Shown one piece after another: positions 53,505 to 64,000 of a DNA stretch of 64,000 nt. The position numbers and the translations under genes were made by a program. Position 1 is the first letter of the stretch. Each line of letters begins with the position of its first letter. The DNA comes from Eledone cirrhosa (lineage: Eukaryota): NCBI GenBank assembly GCA_964016885.1, contig OZ024744.1, positions 72,912,001-72,976,000 of the forward strand, given 5' to 3'. The notes beneath the pieces were generated by a model. That model was not told where the DNA came from, made no database searches, and saw only the letters and a program-made list of their open reading frames with translations.

Positions 53505-53582
53505 ACACCCAGACAGCTTTTGGTAGGCTGTTTTGCAATTTTAGCGAAGGGAATGACCAATTCTTTGCTCATCAGTGGGTGT
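53505..53582 (-). ncRNA. Type I hammerhead with full stem III (G12A mutant copy)
   Basis: ACACCCA-CTGATGA-GCAA..TTGC-AAAA-CAGC..GCTG-TC-TGGGTGT. Confidence 0.8.
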
Positions 53583-53873
53583 AAAATTAGTAAACCCGTC
53601 ACTTCTAACTATATTACACGGCTCAGAAAAACCTCTTTCTTTGAGCTATTTAATTGTAAGAGACTATTTTGAGTTTCTAACTCAATATATACCTTTGATA
53701 TATTCGGCTCTTCAATTTTGTAGGGCTAATTTAAATGTCCTGTAAACTTGGCTGCTATTTTTAGTAGTGCATGTTTATGAGACACACTAGGTTTTGATGC
53801 CATGCGCGTTATTTTATATGTGCACACTATTCAGTCTTCTGAGATACTTAGAAGTGAAGGGTTTACTAATTTT

Positions 53874-53945
53874 ACACCCACTGATGAGCAAAGAATTGGT
53901 AATTCCCTTCGCTAAAATTGCGAAACAGCATCACCAAAAGCTGTC
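53874..53945 (+). ncRNA. Type I hammerhead, intact core but 3' strand of stem I deleted
   Basis: ACACCCA-CTGATGA-GCAA..TTGC-GAAA-CAGC..GCTG-TC, then lacks TGGGTGT. Confidence 0.8.
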
Positions 53946-54196
53946 CCGCAGTTGCCCAATATTGGTTTGTATTTCTTTTCTTGATTTATTCTTTTAAATT
54001 GAGTCTGCCAAACCCTATTGTTAATAGTTAGTATTTCTTTCACCCTGAGGAACTTGGTCCCTTACAATTTGAACACATGTTTATATCTGTGTTTATCTCT
54101 CGTTTATATTCAATTATATATATATATAGTGGTAGAGCACTCAGTTAATGGGACGAGTTAGGTAGAAGTGGTTACACAACAGTTAGTTCACCATAC

Positions 54197-54234
54197 CGAG
54201 AACAATTGTTTCACCTTAGCAGATCCTCAGCTCG
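54197..54234 (-). ncRNA. Minimal type I hammerhead inside a 39-bp-arm palindrome (54163-54276)
   Basis: CGAG-CTGAGGA-TCTGCTAAGGT-GAAA-CAATTG-TT-CTCG. Confidence 0.72.
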
Positions 54235-54323
54235 TAATCTCGGTATGGTGAACTAACTGTTGTGTAACCACTTCTATATATATATAATATATAAGATCAA
54301 AAGATGGTTAAAAGAGTTCCATG

Positions 54324-54394
54324 TATTTTATTATGCGCATTTCAAAAACAAATATCATCGTGCAATAACATTTGTGTTTTCATCAGATAAAATA
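54324..54394 (-). ncRNA. Type I hammerhead with ~15-bp stem II
   Basis: TATTTTAT-CTGATGA-AAACACAAATGTTATT gcac GATGATATTTGTTTTT-GAAA-TGCGCA-TA-ATAAAATA. A 3'-half copy of the same family lies at ~14386-14457 (+). Confidence 0.82.
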
Positions 54395-54533
54395 GGAAGA
54401 CATGATATGAAGGTTAAAAAACACTTGTGAATAGTGCAGTTTTAAATCAACATATGAAAAGTAGTTTTAGATTGATGTGTGATATTGGGAAAAAAGATGT
54501 TTGATGGGGGGGGGGGGGGGGGGTTGGAAAGGA

Positions 54534-54571
<38 letters not shown>

Positions 54572-54754
54572 AGCGTTAAACTAATATATGTCTTCCATGT
54601 ACTGTGCCATTTTTTTTTTTTTATTTCTGTTTACCTTTTACATATATACATACATATATGTAATATATATATATACACATATGTGTGTGTGTTTTTGTGT
54701 GTGTCTGTGTAGATGGAAAGAGAGACCCATCCACAGACATGTATCCACACACAG

Positions 54755-54811
<57 letters not shown>

Positions 54812-55296
54812 AAGAGAGACTACAAGATTATGTCTTTGACATTGTATAAAGCGGACATTGAGATTATGATGAGATTAAACACTTGTGTCAATATCTTCAA
54901 TCTCTAAACTAGCCTGAGTTTTCATCTGACTTGGACTTCAACAGGATGTCCTCAACATATGGCAGCAAGACATATTACAAACCAAATCAGACTGGCATCG
55001 TTATATACACTGTCATTCGCCCAGTGTTGACATTACTTCACAAACATGTTTGTCTGTCGAATTCAATATTTTCCTGGGAACCTACTGTATTATCGGTGTT
55101 AACATTTCCATGGGAAATAGAAGCTCCGATATAATAATAGTCTGGCATATATTATTCAAAAACAAACGCAGAGACACATATCATCATCATTTTACGTCCG
55201 CTTTTAAATATTACAACAACTAAAACTACAGCTACAAGTGTAACAGCAAATTTCTTTTGTTTGTAGCTATTTTCTTAATATATATGTGTGTGTGTA

Positions 55297-55351
<55 letters not shown>

Positions 55352-55442
55352 ATATGTACAAGGTAAACAGAAATAACAACACAATCGGTACAGTATATGG
55401 AAGGAATGTATTAGGTTAACGCTTAAAATAGCAGGAAGAGGG

Positions 55443-55478
55443 TCTTAATGTTTCGGATGCTAGTCCTTCATCAGAAGA
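55443..55478 (-). ncRNA. Minimal hammerhead-like motif
   Basis: TCTT-CTGATGA-A-GGA ctagca TCC-GAAA-CA-TT-AAGA; the homologue at 21926 has AAACGTT. Confidence 0.6.
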
Positions 55479-56308
55479 AAGAATGAGAAATTAGATAGAT
55501 TGAAGGGACCGGCAGAGTGGAATTGGAAAAAAAAATGTCTTTAGATAAAAATAACAGGTCCATTCATCAGGCACTCTTTATTATCTTTTCTTTTAATGAT
55601 TTTAAAACTTATAGCTTTTGCAGTACAAGAATGAAGTGTAAACACTTTTAACTATTCCTTCTTACACAGAAAAATATGAGAGATTATCTTTATACTGCAT
55701 TTTAAAGATTTTTGTCTCATCATCAGAGAATAACTCCTATGATAGTGTATACAGAAGATTATCAATTTCTATAGCAATGATGTATATCTAATCCAGAATA
55801 TAGAAAAACTTTGAAATGGCTAGTCTAATTTGCATGATGTACATATGCTTCATAATGTAATTTAATAAGTAGGCAATATTTATGCTAGAACCTAGTGCAT
55901 ACTTGAAGATTTAGAGTAAACTTAAAGTAAATATAATTACCATTTTTTTTTTTATTATTACATGTCTTAAAGGAATTGAATTCTGAACTGTAAACACTTT
56001 CAGTTATTCAGAGAAAAACTTAAGAGATTATCCTTATGTTGTGTTATATATAAATTTTTTCCTATTGCTTTAGCAATGCTTTTGTGCCCCCCCCCCTCCC
56101 TCTCTCTCTCTCTCTCTCTCAAAATTTTAGATAATATCTATACCGCAAAGGCCAACTTCTTGTCATTGGTAGAGAAAATACATATTTATTTTATTTAAAA
56201 ATGACTTCTACAGGACTAGAACTGTTTCATTTGTATTGAAATCATCTGGAATATCCTGAGAATCTCATACAAATGAAACCGTTCTAGTGCTGTAGTAGTA
56301 ATTTCACC

Positions 56309-56390
<82 letters not shown>

Positions 56391-58269
56391 CGCCACGGAA
56401 AAAGCACCCAGCACTCACTGTAAATGAGGTTGGTGTTAGGAAGGGCATCCAGCTGTAGAAATCAATCCAAAATCAGTTCCTGTATGAGCAAGGCATGGTC
56501 AGCCGACCAGACACTGCCCACAACAGGACAACCCGTCTAACCCATGCTAGCATGGAAAAACGGACGTAAAACGATGATGATGATACACTACACAAAATGT
56601 AGAAAATACCTAGAATATTCAGTTGAATTTGCAGGGTATGCATACTTTTGGTGCCATTTGTTAAACTTTACTTTCCTCTGGACTCTATTTTGGCTCTCAG
56701 TATATGCAACCTTTGTTTGTCCATCCCACATTACCCAGGACAGGTCACAAGCCCATCACCAGTTTATATGACATTGGACAGAGACTATAATATATTTTTT
56801 GGACAAGCCCCTCTACCTAAAGCCCAAAAGTGTCATGGGCAAAGGATGATGCAGCATGATTGCTTTTTTGCATCTGACTATACTGTGCTTTTAGTTGTTT
56901 TATTCCTGCCAGTCAGTAATTTGGTAATGTTTTCAAAGTGTAGGCTTTTTTAGAGGCAGCTTTTAATTACCCCGTGTAACTACAACTACATCATTGTGTT
57001 GTGAGAGTGTTTTTTTCTTTTCTGGTGAGCTAATAGTACCAATCATAGCTCATCTCTCCCTAGTAGCTTACTCCTTTGTGGTCCATGACTGCTTGTTCAT
57101 CCAGCAAAAACCCACTTATATTGCAACTAACCATCATATCTTTATTTAATTTTGTCACCAAAAGTGACATAAATCTGTGAATAATAAACATTCATGATAT
57201 AAAACAATGGTTTCACTTACCATTAAATGGTCATCATCGTCATAATATGGTGTATTTAGCATGAATATTTATTATTTATTATTTATTTTATTTATTTATA
57301 TGTTTGATAATTTTTTTATGATGAGGTTTGAGTGCTTCTAGTTGCTGCTTTGAAAAATAAGAATCCTGGAGAAGTTTTTTCCTAGTTTTATGGATTCTTC
57401 TGTATGCAATATTTAACCAAATTCAAGAATGGTGTTTTAACACCAACATTTTTAACTCACCACTCAAAAAGTTTCATTGCAACTATACTTTATAAATATT
57501 ATTTAGATTATCCAATTTTAAATAGTTTTGTAAAGTTATAATGTGATTTACATTATTAAAAAATGTTTTGTTTTTTTTTTTATTTATTTATTAATCAATT
57601 TCATATTTATTTCTGAATTTATTAAAAGTTATTTTATTTTTAATCTTTTAAAATGTGTCTTGAAATACTTCCATATGCAATATAGCTCTTAGCCCAGTTT
57701 CTCTTACTTAATTCATTATTTTCTTTTAAGTGATATTACTTTGTGAAAATGTTAATCTGTAAAATTGAAAAGTTTTGTAACTTTAAATAATTTGTTATTT
57801 TTTGCTTGTTTTTTTTTTTTTCATTATAAAAACTTTTTTTTCTGTAGAAGAAATGCCTCCACACAACTAGACTAAAGTTTTTAAATCGTGTACTCAGCAC
57901 CATTTAGAATTATTTCAGCAAAAACATCTGAGTGTGTATGTGTGTCTGTGTGTGATTGGTGTACATTTTTATTTTTGCAATAATTTGGTAGATAAACATT
58001 TTTAGACACTGGTTCTAGGTTTCCTTATCTCCTTTGAAGTTTATTTCATCAGTTATATTACTTCATTTAATTCTATTCTAAATCTTAGTCACTAGGTGAA
58101 GCTTCATCTCATTTGTAAAAATTTAGACATTTAGAACAGTATTTTTATACATTCTTATTGTAACAATTGGGGCCATAATAAACAAAAGTTCATTGCCACA
58201 TATTTTGTGTCCTATTTTTGCCAATTCAACTAATAATTAATATTTATCAAAATCACATGCACAAAGATA

Positions 58270-59808
58270 TCATCATCATCATCATTTTACGTCCGTTCTT
58301 CCACGCTAGCATGGGTTAGACGGGTTGTCCTGTTGTGGGCAGTGTCCGGTCCGCTGACCTTGTCTTGCTCATATGGGAACTGATTCTGGCTTAATTTCTA
58401 CAGCTGGATGCCCTTCCTAACACCAACTTCATTTACAGTGAGTGCTGGGTGCTTTTTTTCTGTGGCGCCTACACGTCCACTTTACAGTGTGAGCTGGGTG
58501 CTTTTTGGCCGTGGCACCTCCACAACCACTTTGCAGTGGGAGGGGGTGGGGGCATATTGTCTATATGCTTCAGCTTCGGCTTATACTCATGGGAAGTTGG
58601 GTTTTCTGTATTACTGCGTGATGCCAGAGGTCACGGTCGTGTGTCATCGCCTTTGAGAGGTGTAATTGGGTAAGGTCGGCTTTTATCACCTTATCCCAGG
58701 TCTTCTTGGGTCTCCCCACTCCATGGCTTCCATCGACTTCTAGTGCTCTGCAAATTTTTATGCAGCTGTCATCCTTGATACACATCGCATGTCCATACCA
58801 ACGCAACCTCCTCTCCTGCACACAGCATTTGATTCCTCTTATGCTCAGTCTCTTTCTCAATTCGTTTATGCTTTGCCGTTCGTGTATATTACTATTACAC
58901 ATCCATCGGAGCATGCAAGCTTCGTTTTTTCTAATCTACGCAAGTCTTCTACAGACAGCACGCAGGTCTCACTACCATGTAGCATTGCTGTTCATATGCA
59001 CGCATCATATAGTCTACCTTTCATTTTGAGGGAAAAACCTTTTTTGCAGCTAGCAGTGGCAGTAGTTCCCTGAAGTTCTTCCATCCCATTCTTACCTTAG
59101 TTATTGTACTTTCTGAACACCCACCTGCTAATTCGGTCACCTAGGTAGCAGAAGCTGTCTACTGTTTCTACATAGCCCTCCCAGAGTTTGGTGGTGCTTG
59201 TTTCCTGTGGCCGTTTGCTGCTTGCTGTCTCAGTGCAGCTACTACTTCTTGAGATCCCACTACATCTCTTGTGTACCCATTGTTTGCATTTGGGGCAGAG
59301 GATGGACTTCCTACCTACACCTTTCCTACATACTAAGCAAGGCCATTTCCCTGAGGGGATCTGGGTTCTGTTTTCTCGTCTACTTACGAGGACCTTAGTC
59401 TTTGTCAGGTTGACTTTGAGACCCTTTCTTTCTAGTCCCTGCTTCCATGTTTGGAATTTCTTCTCTAGTTCCACCATAGATTCAGCTATAAGTATGAGAT
59501 CATCCGCATATAGGAGTTCCCATGGGTCTTAAACTCCTTCGTTATTGCCTGCAAAACTATAATGAACAGGAGAGGGCTAAGAACAGAGCCCTGGTGGACA
59601 CTGACCTGTATGCTAAATTCCTTGCTATAGTTATTGCTAATCCTAACTTTGCTGACTGCTCCCCTATACATGACTTGTACAGCTTTCACAAGCCATTCAT
59701 CTACTCCTAGTTTTCTAAGAGCCCACCAGATTATAGCATGGGGGACTCTGTCGAAGGCTTTTTCCAGATCGACAAATGCCAGGTAGAGCGGCTTACTTTT
59801 AGCTAGGT
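58270..59808 (-). mobile_element. Degenerate 5'-truncated RTE family A-like copy
   Basis: RT fragments (VHQGSVLSP, SGKWPCLVC..WVHKRC, RRLRWYGH), same 3' UTR and (TGA)n; ends in (TA)n. Confidence 0.92.
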
Positions 59809-59885
59809 ATATATATATATATAGGTTGTGAGTAACTTATAAATTCTCATATCTGAAGTAGTGTCGATTAAGAGTCAGGATCCGA

Positions 59886-59934
59886 TCACATGATGAAACC
59901 TAAGCTGATTGATATAGAAACAATTGCAATGTGA
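59886..59934 (+). ncRNA. Degenerate hammerhead in a ~150-bp TA-flanked insert
   Basis: TCACA-TGATGA-..-GAAA-CAATTG-CA-ATGTGA; core C missing and U16.1 changed. Confidence 0.45.
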
Positions 59935-59969
59935 AATAAAGTTTACAAAAAGCTGCAATTTTTATAGTC

Positions 59970-60014
<45 letters not shown>

Positions 60015-60020
<6 letters not shown>

Positions 60021-60940
60021 GTTTTTTTAAGAGTATGCAAAGCATTTGTAGTTTTTCCAAATTGAAGGATGAGTATTTTAAACTTTATTTTATTCTGAGT
60101 TAAGGCTCTATTGATTTTTCCCTGGATTTCACTAAATTCTGTTGGATGAATCTATATCCTGATTCTTTTTGAATTGAGTTTGAATTATTTTCCCACATCT
60201 TACTTTAACTATTTTTCCATTTTGACGCTATAGTCACTTATATATTATGAAATACTGTTGGCTTCTTGCTCACAATAATTTCTATACTTTTCATTTATAT
60301 TTATACTCGGATTTCTTTCCTAGAGTGCTTAAAATTATTTGTAACTAATCCCGGTCTTTTTTTTTTTTTAAATGCGATAATATTGCTTTTTTGCTGAACC
60401 CCTTATATTGTAGAGTTTTTTTTTCGGATTGCTTTTGACTGTTGTTTCTTGTAAACAGACATTCGTCTCATTCTGACGTCTCCAGCTCTGTCTCTACATG
60501 TGCGTTTATTTTCATAGTTCCGGATGATGTTGAACTAGCCTGCTTTTAAATTCCCTTTTTGGCATATTATAAACAGTGGAACTTTGGTTATCGTGTCTTT
60601 GAGCTCTGCTGATGATCGATTCCAACCGTGACCCTCCCCACTGAAAGTTTCGTGAAACAGTCTTTTTTAAGACTATACAGAGCATTTGTAGATTTTCCAA
60701 ATTGAAGGATGAGTATTTTAAACTTTATTTTATTCTGAGTTAAGGCTCTATTGATTTTTCACTAAATTCTGTGGATGAATCTATGTCCTGATTCTTTTTG
60801 AATTGAGTTTGAATTGAGTTTGAATTATTTTCCCACATCTTACATTAACTATTTTTCGATTTTGACGCTATAGTCACTTATATATTATGGAATACTGTTG
60901 GCTTCTTTATCACAATAATTTCTATACTTTTCATTTATAT
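60015..60940 (+). mobile_element. Partial tandem (~1.45 x 639 bp) hammerhead-bearing element
   Basis: 60015-~60300 is repeated from 60654; (TA)n on both sides. Confidence 0.75.
60603..60683 (+). ncRNA. Type I hammerhead with long stem III
   Basis: GCTCTG-CTGATGA-tCGA..TCGt-GAAA-cAGTCTT tttt AAGACTa-TA-CAGAGC. The other repeat copy has T at the first stem III position, which restores that pair. Confidence 0.75.
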
Positions 60941-61990
60941 ATATATAGAGAGAGAGAGAGAGGCTATTCAGTTCTGGTGGAGAGAGAAGAGTAAGAATTA
61001 TTATATATAATGTAAGTTATAGTTAGTATACCATACTGGTATGTTGGGTTTCCTCTTGACAATGTGGTTCTACCAACATTCAGTTGATTGAAAGACCAAT
61101 TGGAAGCCAAAAAAGTATGGTTGTCAACAAAAGATCACTGGCAAAAATACAGACCTTGTGCAGGACAGAATGTCTAATTTCAATTTCATTTGTATGCAAA
61201 ACAGCTTTAAACTTAATATAATAAGCAATGGTTTCTGATTTAGGCACAAGGCCAGCAATTTTGGGGAAGGGGAAAGTTGATTTAATCGAGGCCAGTGTAT
61301 TACTGGTACTTTATTTTATCAACCCTGTAAGGATGAAAGACAAAGCTAACCCCTGCGAGATTTGAACTCAGAACGTAAAGGGCCGTAACTCTATTCTGCA
61401 AAGGATGTTATCTGATGCTCTTCCGCTACAACCAATCCATCACCCCGAATGGATAAGTCTTTTACCTTTATTAATAAAATAAATAATACAATGGAGGTAA
61501 CTTTTGAAAAAAACATGATTTTTATTTCTCTTTGACTGTATTACAAACATCACTGAAGTCACAAGGAGTTTACAATTGATAAATATAGAGGTATGCTCAT
61601 GCATATATCTACACAGTTAAATATTTGTTTATAGTAACTGCAACAATACACCTAATCAATCAATAACTACACACTACCACCACCACCAACAACAACAACG
61701 AGCATTTTCAAACTATTTCACCTGCTAAAGTAAAGGTTAGCCATGTGGGCTCCATGATCAGCTTCATATATATCCTTTTTGAGGCAAAATTTTACAGATG
61801 GAAGCCCTTCCTGCTGTCAACCCTTCTATGATATGCAAGGATAGGGTGTACCTATTTTAAACTGTATCCCTGCTGTTCTATAACTCCACACACACAAAAT
61901 ATCTGCAATAGACAAATACAAAATATCGTTTTCGTAAAATATTTGAGCTGTGCTCAGTCTTTGGCAACTATTGATTGGTATATTGAAATG

Positions 61991-62850
61991 ATAATGGCTT
62001 CTGATTTAGACACAAGGCCAACAATTTTGATGGAAGGGGAAAAATCGATTAAATCAACCCCAATGCATCACTGGTACTTTGTTTCATCAATCATATAAGG
62101 ATGAAAGGCAAAGCTAACCATGGCAGGATTTGAACTCAGAACATAAAGGGCCGTTACTGTATGCTGTAAGCCACTAAGCATGTTGTCCAATGCCTTACCG
62201 ATTCTGCTATAATGGTTTCTGATCTAATTTAGACACAAGGCCAATAATTTTGATGGAAGGGGAAAAATCGATTAAATCAACCCCAATGCATCACTGGTAC
62301 TTTGTTTCATCAATCATATAAGGATGAAAGGCAAAGCTAACCATGGCAGGATTTGAACTCAGAACATAAAGGGCCGTTACTGTATGCTGTAAGCCACTAA
62401 GCATGTTGTCCAATGCCTTACCGATTCTGCTATAATGGTTTCTGATCTAATTTAGACACAAGGCCAATAATTTTGATGGAAGGGGAAAAATCGATTAAAT
62501 CAACCCCAATGCATCACTGGTACTTTGTTTCATCAATCATATAAGGATGAAAGGCAAAGCTAACCATGGCAGGATTTGAACTCAGAACATAAAGGGCCGT
62601 TACTGTATGCTGTAAGCCACTAAGCATGTTGTCCAATGCCTTACTGCTATAATGGTTTCTGATCTAATTTAGACACAAGGCCAATAATTTTGGTGGAAGG
62701 GAAAATCAATTTTGACTCCAGTGCATTACTGGTACTTTATTTCATCAACCCTGTAAGGATGAAAAGCAAAGCCAGCCTTGGTGGGATTTAAACCCAGAAC
62801 GTAAAGGGCCTTCACTCTATACCATTAAACATGGTGTCCGATGCTCTGCT
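61991..62850 (-). repeat. Tandem array of Deu/Nin-like SINE, ~223-bp period (3 near-identical + 1 diverged)
   Basis: TTTAGACACAAGG at 62005, 62228, 62451 and 62668. Confidence 0.9.
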
Positions 62851-64000
62851 AATAGTGTATAGTGTATACTAATACATTGTAGTGTAATCATAATGTAAAA
62901 TGCCTAGTTGTATGCTGTACAAAAGTGTGCGGCATTGTTTATGTTTTTGCTTTAATATATTTTTTTTAAAGTTTTTATATAAATATTTTTATCTTCATTC
63001 AAAGACCTTATTCAGTCTTTGGTTGGAATGGAATCTTTATTACTTTGCTCTGCATAGTGTCATATCATGTGGTAGTGTGCTGTTTATTTTTTTTTTTTTA
63101 TATATTTTTATTTGTTTTTATATCTTTATTGTTTTAAGGTTATATTTTAGCCTTTGGCAGATTTGGGGTGTTGCCTGATTTTTACAAACATATATTGTTT
63201 CATTTTGCTGGGTGTAATGCTATGAGATACCTTCAGCTTTCATCAGTCATGAATAATGTAGTTTGACTGTATATATATATATATATATACTTATATGTAT
63301 CATATCATTGATGTTCTAGAGCTGTTCTTGTGCATCTTGTAGTTATAGTGTAATAGTGTACTTATCTTTCTTAATACTATATAAGAATACTGTTTGGAAT
63401 ATATTGGTGGGGTTTTTTCCAAGCTTTCTATGGATCAAATTTAGGTCTGGTCCACTAGATGTCTAGGACGGCAATGGAAGATTCCTCCATTACTGCCTAA
63501 CACTAAAACACTGGTTGAAAGGTACATAGCTTAGTAGCTAGAGAGTAAGATTTACAATCATGAGGCTGAAAGTTCAATTCCCAAGTCGAGTGATGCATTA
63601 TGTCCTTGAGCAAGACACTTTATTTCATATTGCTCTTTCTGTCAGTATTGAAACTGGTAGATAGTATCAGCAACGAATGACCAATGGATACATTGTTTCA
63701 TTGGTGCAATTTGATGAGTTCTATCCCACTTGGTAAGTAAATGAGGTCAGAGATCTTGTCAATTGATTTCTATATATATGGTTGAAGTGTTTAGTTGTCT
63801 CTCTTGTATGAGGGGTGCCAAGAGCAGCCAGACAGTGAAGCAAGAATTACTCATTTGACAGGATGAGTTTCACTTTCCAGAAACACAGTAAGAGTGTGGG
63901 AGGGATATGGTTTATTAATGGAATGGATTATATTTAATTAATTCTCTGGTGTATTTTGTAATGTGCAGTGGGATGTTGAATGTTGGAGTAGATTTGATAT

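Larger units (their letters stand above)
53285..54118. mobile_element. Retrozyme/pLTR-like element with interleaved inverted repeats A-B-A'-C-B'
   Basis: A 53285-53377 / A' 53610-53703; B 53378-53608 / B' 53848-54118. B and B' contain hammerheads; TA flanks. Confidence 0.75.

Noticed and set aside
57848-57935. Exon-like segment with strong acceptor and GTATGT donor (similar case at 63645-63732)
   Set aside because: Stops in all three frames; could only be non-coding and there is no supporting evidence.
55660-63250. Other CTGATGA matches (minus strand near 55720, 58050 and 63243)
   Set aside because: No correctly placed GAAA-stem III-UH-stem I; chance matches.

Overview
AT-rich, microsatellite-saturated animal genomic DNA, probably intronic or intergenic. 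The repeat content (tRNA-CORE SINEs, Deu/Nin-like SINEs, abundant RTE LINEs, long (TA)n/(CA)n tracts) suggests an octopod cephalopod, which is an inference. No host protein-coding exon can be supported, and most ORFs in the track are microsatellite read-throughs. The window is a nest of mobile elements: one intact RTE LINE (1022 aa, APE + RT + inserted PHD-type finger) plus many broken RTE copies and RTE-derived bipartite elements, two 5'-truncated Penelope-like elements (GIY-YIG), R4/Dong and CRE fragments, two non-autonomous Helitrons, two piggyBac-type MITEs and many SINEs. The main signal invisible to the ORF track is a dense set of type I hammerhead ribozyme motifs: about 9 with complete or near-complete architecture and several degenerate or half copies, from largely unrelated families. 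They sit mostly in short TA-flanked inserts. Several have unusually long or branched stem II (94-116 nt). They occur in fold-back palindromes, two of which start at the predicted cleavage site, and in permuted or tandem ~510 and ~640 nt monomers resembling retrozymes. All folds were done by eye and no searches were run, so novelty is unverified.
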